Assembly (NCBI GenBank): GCA_038064775.1
Contig: JBBTSG010000006.1
Span: 32,168 to 81,478, forward strand
Length of the DNA stretch: 49,311 nucleotides
Direction: 5' to 3'
DNA from: Patescibacteria group bacterium
GTDB taxonomy: Bacteria; Patescibacteriota; Minisyncoccia; UBA6257; GWB1-50-10
The translations under genes and the position numbers were made by a program. Shown here piece after piece: positions 46,740 to 49,311 of this stretch; the stretch's first letter is position 1, and every line of letters begins with the position of its first letter. The notes below the pieces were generated by a model that saw nothing but the letters and a program-made list of their open reading frames with translations, was not told the origin of the DNA and did no database searches.

Positions 46740-47270
46740 TTAGAAATATAATAACTTATTCCGAGGAAATTTAACACGACAATCAGAACACAAAAAATTC
46801 TGATCGGCCAAAGAAAAAGCTGTAACGTTTTTTAAACCGCAAATTTCACAGCGAGCGCTTAAAGAATCATATCCTAAAATTTTCAAAAAATTTCCGAGTT
46901 TTACCCGGCCTTCTTTTATGGCGCGGCTTAAGGAATACCAAAGGTTTAAATCAGGATTTAACTCCGGCACAATTGATTTTGTAAGAAAAATAAGTTCAAG
47001 CCCAAGCTCATAACTTCTTATCCGTTTTTTTATCTCCGGCGCGCTTTGCGCTAAAACATCCGTAATAATAAAACCGCCTTTTTTTGCGAGTCGCACGGTC
47101 ACTAAATTTAAAACATTTAAGTGGGGCGAAAATTTAGAAAGAAAACGGTGACCGCTTACCACTTTCGCTCTCAACCGGCCTAAATCTTTAGTGTAGAGAT
47201 CGGCCACTAAATCGTGTTCTTTCCGAGGCTTCACGCCTAAAATAATTGCTTCAGTAAGGTATTCTTTCAT
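46740..47270 (-). CDS. recO: DNA repair protein RecO (short form); start reassigned to MKEYLTEA
   Basis: AIILG...EHD...LYTKDLGRL.A OB fold, K.SPHL, CEICG...C..C Zn finger. Confidence 0.82.
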   Translation of the reverse strand: MKEYLTEAIILGVKPRKEHDLVADLYTKDLGRLRAKVVSGHRFLSKFSPHLNVLNLVTVRLAKKGGFIITDVLAQSAPEIKKRIRSYELGLELIFLTKSIVPELNPDLNLWYSLSRAIKEGRVKLGNFLKILGYDSLSARCEICGLKNVTAFSLADQNFLCSDCRVKFPRNKLLYF

Positions 47271-47272
47271 TT

Positions 47273-48742
47273 TTATTTTTTTGGTGTTTTCCAAAAACCC
47301 AATCGGAAACGACCGCCCAACATTAGCCGCGTTTCAGCTTCAAGCGCGGGCAAACTGCCAAAAAGTAAAATTGTTGCCGGCGTTAAAAGCCACTGCAAAA
47401 AGTAGATGAAATAAAATTTTATGCTGAAACCTTTGAGTCGCGGCAAAAGAATTAGAATGCTAAGCCAAGCCGAAACAATAATACCGATAACACTAAAGTT
47501 CATTAAAAAGCCTGTCACTCGCGGCAGATTATAAGAAAAAACGCTTCGGTTAAATTCCGCGCCGCCCAAAAGCACTGGTAAAAAACCGAAAAGAAAAATA
47601 ATAAAAGAACTAGCTGCCCAAGAAAAAGAACCTTCAAAAAGCACAAAAACCCACAAAATTTTTCTGCGAAACGAAATCATTTTATTATTTAAAAAATTGC
47701 TGAAAACATAAGCAATATTCTCTACTCCCCACGCCCAACGTCGCTGTTGTTTGTAAAGATTTTGCATGGCTTTCATAAAACTTCCTCCGGAAACCGCGTC
47801 CATATAAATCGGGTAATAAAGCGGCACTGAACGCCAATCGCCTTTATAGTGGAGAAAACATTGGAAAAAAATCCTTGAATCTTCTGAAACAATATTGACG
47901 TTCCAAAAACCGACTTCGTGAAGAGCTTGAAGCGGCATACTGTGCGAAGAAAAAGTTATTAATTGTTCTGGGCGAGCTTGCTGCATAAATTGCCAGAAAG
48001 TCGAAGTAAAAGCGATAAGCCGGGCAAAAGGCGAAACATCGTGAATATTATTTATGAAAAGTGGAACGGGCTGAAAACTCGAGCGATTGCCTTTCTCTGA
48101 ACTAAAAAATTGATAAGTGAGAATAGCAAAATAATCGCCTCCCGGCCTTGTGTCAATATCAAAAACCGAAACCAAAACATTTTGAAAATTTAAATTTTTT
48201 GGCTCAATTATTGTTCTAATCGCTTCTTTCGCCGCCCAAGTTTCGTTTGAGCCCTTGCCCGGCAATTCCCCCGGCAGATTTTGCGGATGTTTTGTCACTA
48301 AAAATCCGCCGAACTCTTTTTTAAATTCTTCTTCAATTTTTAAAGCTACGCGCGCGTCTTCTTTAAAACCGCGCTCTTCGGTTGCAAGCACAACAAATAA
48401 TTTATCTTTGGGATAATTGGCTTTCACCAAACTTAAAAAACTTTCCCGGACAAGATCGTAGGATTCCTGATACATTGGGAAAATAATAAGGTGGCGAATA
48501 TTGCTCCAAGCTAAATTTGAAGATTGAAGTTTAGTGAGCCAGTCAATTTTCAAATTCGCCCGCAACTTCAAAAAAGAAAAACGGAGATGGAGCAAAAGAT
48601 AAAGTGTCCGCAAAAGCCAAAAAAGATCGTAAAGCACAATAAAAATCGCGACCGTAAGCGGCGTAAGATATGACAAAATAACAAGCGTTATAAGAACAAG
48701 CCAAACCGTAAGCCCCGGTAAAATTTCAAAAAACCGGTACAT
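47273..48742 (-). CDS. Membrane-bound glycosyltransferase family 2
   Basis: IFPMYQE, GKGSNE, VFDID (DxD), SEDSRIF, QQRRWAW (QxxRW), flanking TM helices. Confidence 0.9.
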   Translation of the reverse strand: MYRFFEILPGLTVWLVLITLVILSYLTPLTVAIFIVLYDLFWLLRTLYLLLHLRFSFLKLRANLKIDWLTKLQSSNLAWSNIRHLIIFPMYQESYDLVRESFLSLVKANYPKDKLFVVLATEERGFKEDARVALKIEEEFKKEFGGFLVTKHPQNLPGELPGKGSNETWAAKEAIRTIIEPKNLNFQNVLVSVFDIDTRPGGDYFAILTYQFFSSEKGNRSSFQPVPLFINNIHDVSPFARLIAFTSTFWQFMQQARPEQLITFSSHSMPLQALHEVGFWNVNIVSEDSRIFFQCFLHYKGDWRSVPLYYPIYMDAVSGGSFMKAMQNLYKQQRRWAWGVENIAYVFSNFLNNKMISFRRKILWVFVLFEGSFSWAASSFIIFLFGFLPVLLGGAEFNRSVFSYNLPRVTGFLMNFSVIGIIVSAWLSILILLPRLKGFSIKFYFIYFLQWLLTPATILLFGSLPALEAETRLMLGGRFRLGFWKTPKK

Positions 48743-48751
48743 ATTTTTACC

Positions 48752-49153
48752 TTAGTAAAGAATTAGGCCTAGAAAATGATCGATTGAATAGCCGCCCGCG
48801 CCCAAAGTGGCTAATGCGAGCGCGGAGGCAAGAATTAACAAATCAAATTCGTAGCCACCAACTAATCCTTTTCGCCAATTCAGTTTTATAATTATCACGA
48901 TAAATTCGATCGCGACGATAAACGCGAAAATTTGCGTGAGAAAACCGAAAATTAGAAAAATTCCGCCGACAAATTCCGTAAGCGCCACAACCGTTGCCCA
49001 AAACATCCCGAGCTTAAAAATTTTGCCTATCCATTCGGCGGTGCCGCGCAAATTTTTAATTTTTGGCCAACCGTGGGCGATAAGAATCAAGCCCAAAACT
49101 AACCGTAAAACAAAAATTCCCCAATCACTAAAAACAAATAAAAAGTTGATCAT
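48752..49153 (-). CDS. DoxX family membrane protein
   Basis: LRLVLG..LIAHGWPK, EFVGG.FL..G, GGYEFDL, GAGGYSID. Confidence 0.92.
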   Translation of the reverse strand: MINFLFVFSDWGIFVLRLVLGLILIAHGWPKIKNLRGTAEWIGKIFKLGMFWATVVALTEFVGGIFLIFGFLTQIFAFIVAIEFIVIIIKLNWRKGLVGGYEFDLLILASALALATLGAGGYSIDHFLGLILY

Positions 49154-49180
49154 TTGGTTACATTATAGCCAAATTTTGGC

Positions 49181-49223
49181 AAAAAAAAAGCGCCGATATC
49201 AATTATTTAATTATCGGCGCTTT
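49181..49223 (-). terminator. Intrinsic terminator of an element entering from the right edge
   Basis: AAAGCGCCGATA-loop-TATCGGCGCTTT plus T-run. Confidence 0.85.
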
Positions 49224-49252
49224 AGAGCTCTCGTTACGCTTTGGATTGAACC

Positions 49253-49311
49253 TTAGGCGGCTACCTGGAGAATTTGAATTGCTCTTTGGTTCGCCTCGCG
49301 CCGGCTCGTAA
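49253..49311 (-). other. Truncated 3' end of an unknown element: ssrA-tag-like reading frame or a protein C-terminus
   Basis: Frame reads TSRRE-ANQRAIQILQVAA*; cut by the window edge. Confidence 0.35.

Noticed and set aside
49243-49252. GGTTCAATCC (minus strand) as a tRNA T-loop
   Set aside because: Only 2 bp of T-stem and no acceptor stem or cloverleaf can be built.
906-49256. Many short antisense or overlapping ORFs in the ORF track (e.g. 10684-10983, 14782-15171, 31269-31748, 35310-35639)
   Set aside because: They overlap well-supported genes and show no recognisable motifs; treated as shadow ORFs.
1-49311. CRISPR array, IS transposase, integrase, prophage, rRNA/tRNA, or TGA recoding (code 25)
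   Set aside because: No regularly spaced repeats or such genes were seen; TGA is used as a normal stop in overlapping gene pairs.

Overview
The window looks like a Patescibacteria (CPR), probably Parcubacteria/Paceibacteria, chromosome segment in genetic code 11. The taxon is inferred from the PG-binding S/T-rich surface protein, GlyQS type, short RecO and mostly SD-less AT-rich starts. About 1-32 kb, mostly on the minus strand, is a surface-glycan locus. It starts with a 1152-aa S-layer-like gene with a long structured leader, followed by an O-antigen-ligase/O-OTase-like gene, GMD, a sugar C-methyltransferase, a cupin, two DegT-family enzymes and glycosyltransferases. It also holds a plant-type RGP/UDP-arabinopyranose-mutase (GT75) homolog and a module of DmpF + DmpG + YerE/ErwE-like ThDP enzyme + three-gene ATP-citrate lyase + SDR reductase. 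I interpret this module as a citrate-fed pathway to an acyl-branched (erwiniose-type) sugar, using an E1/RfbH-like 3-dehydratase that lacks its Fe-S cysteines. An FkbM methyltransferase at the left edge appears frameshifted at an (AT)8 tract, a candidate phase-variation switch. About 32-49 kb is housekeeping: clpB with a CIRCE operator, degP, SIMPL, an iscS-like gene, Nudix, mgtC, pduO, glyQS, recO, GT2 and doxX. Several of these genes carry short GC-rich palindromic elements inserted in frame. The right edge ends in an ssrA-tag-like peptide followed closely by a terminator, possibly a permuted tmRNA. No tRNA, rRNA, CRISPR array, transposase or integrase was found. All family assignments come from motif recognition without database searches.
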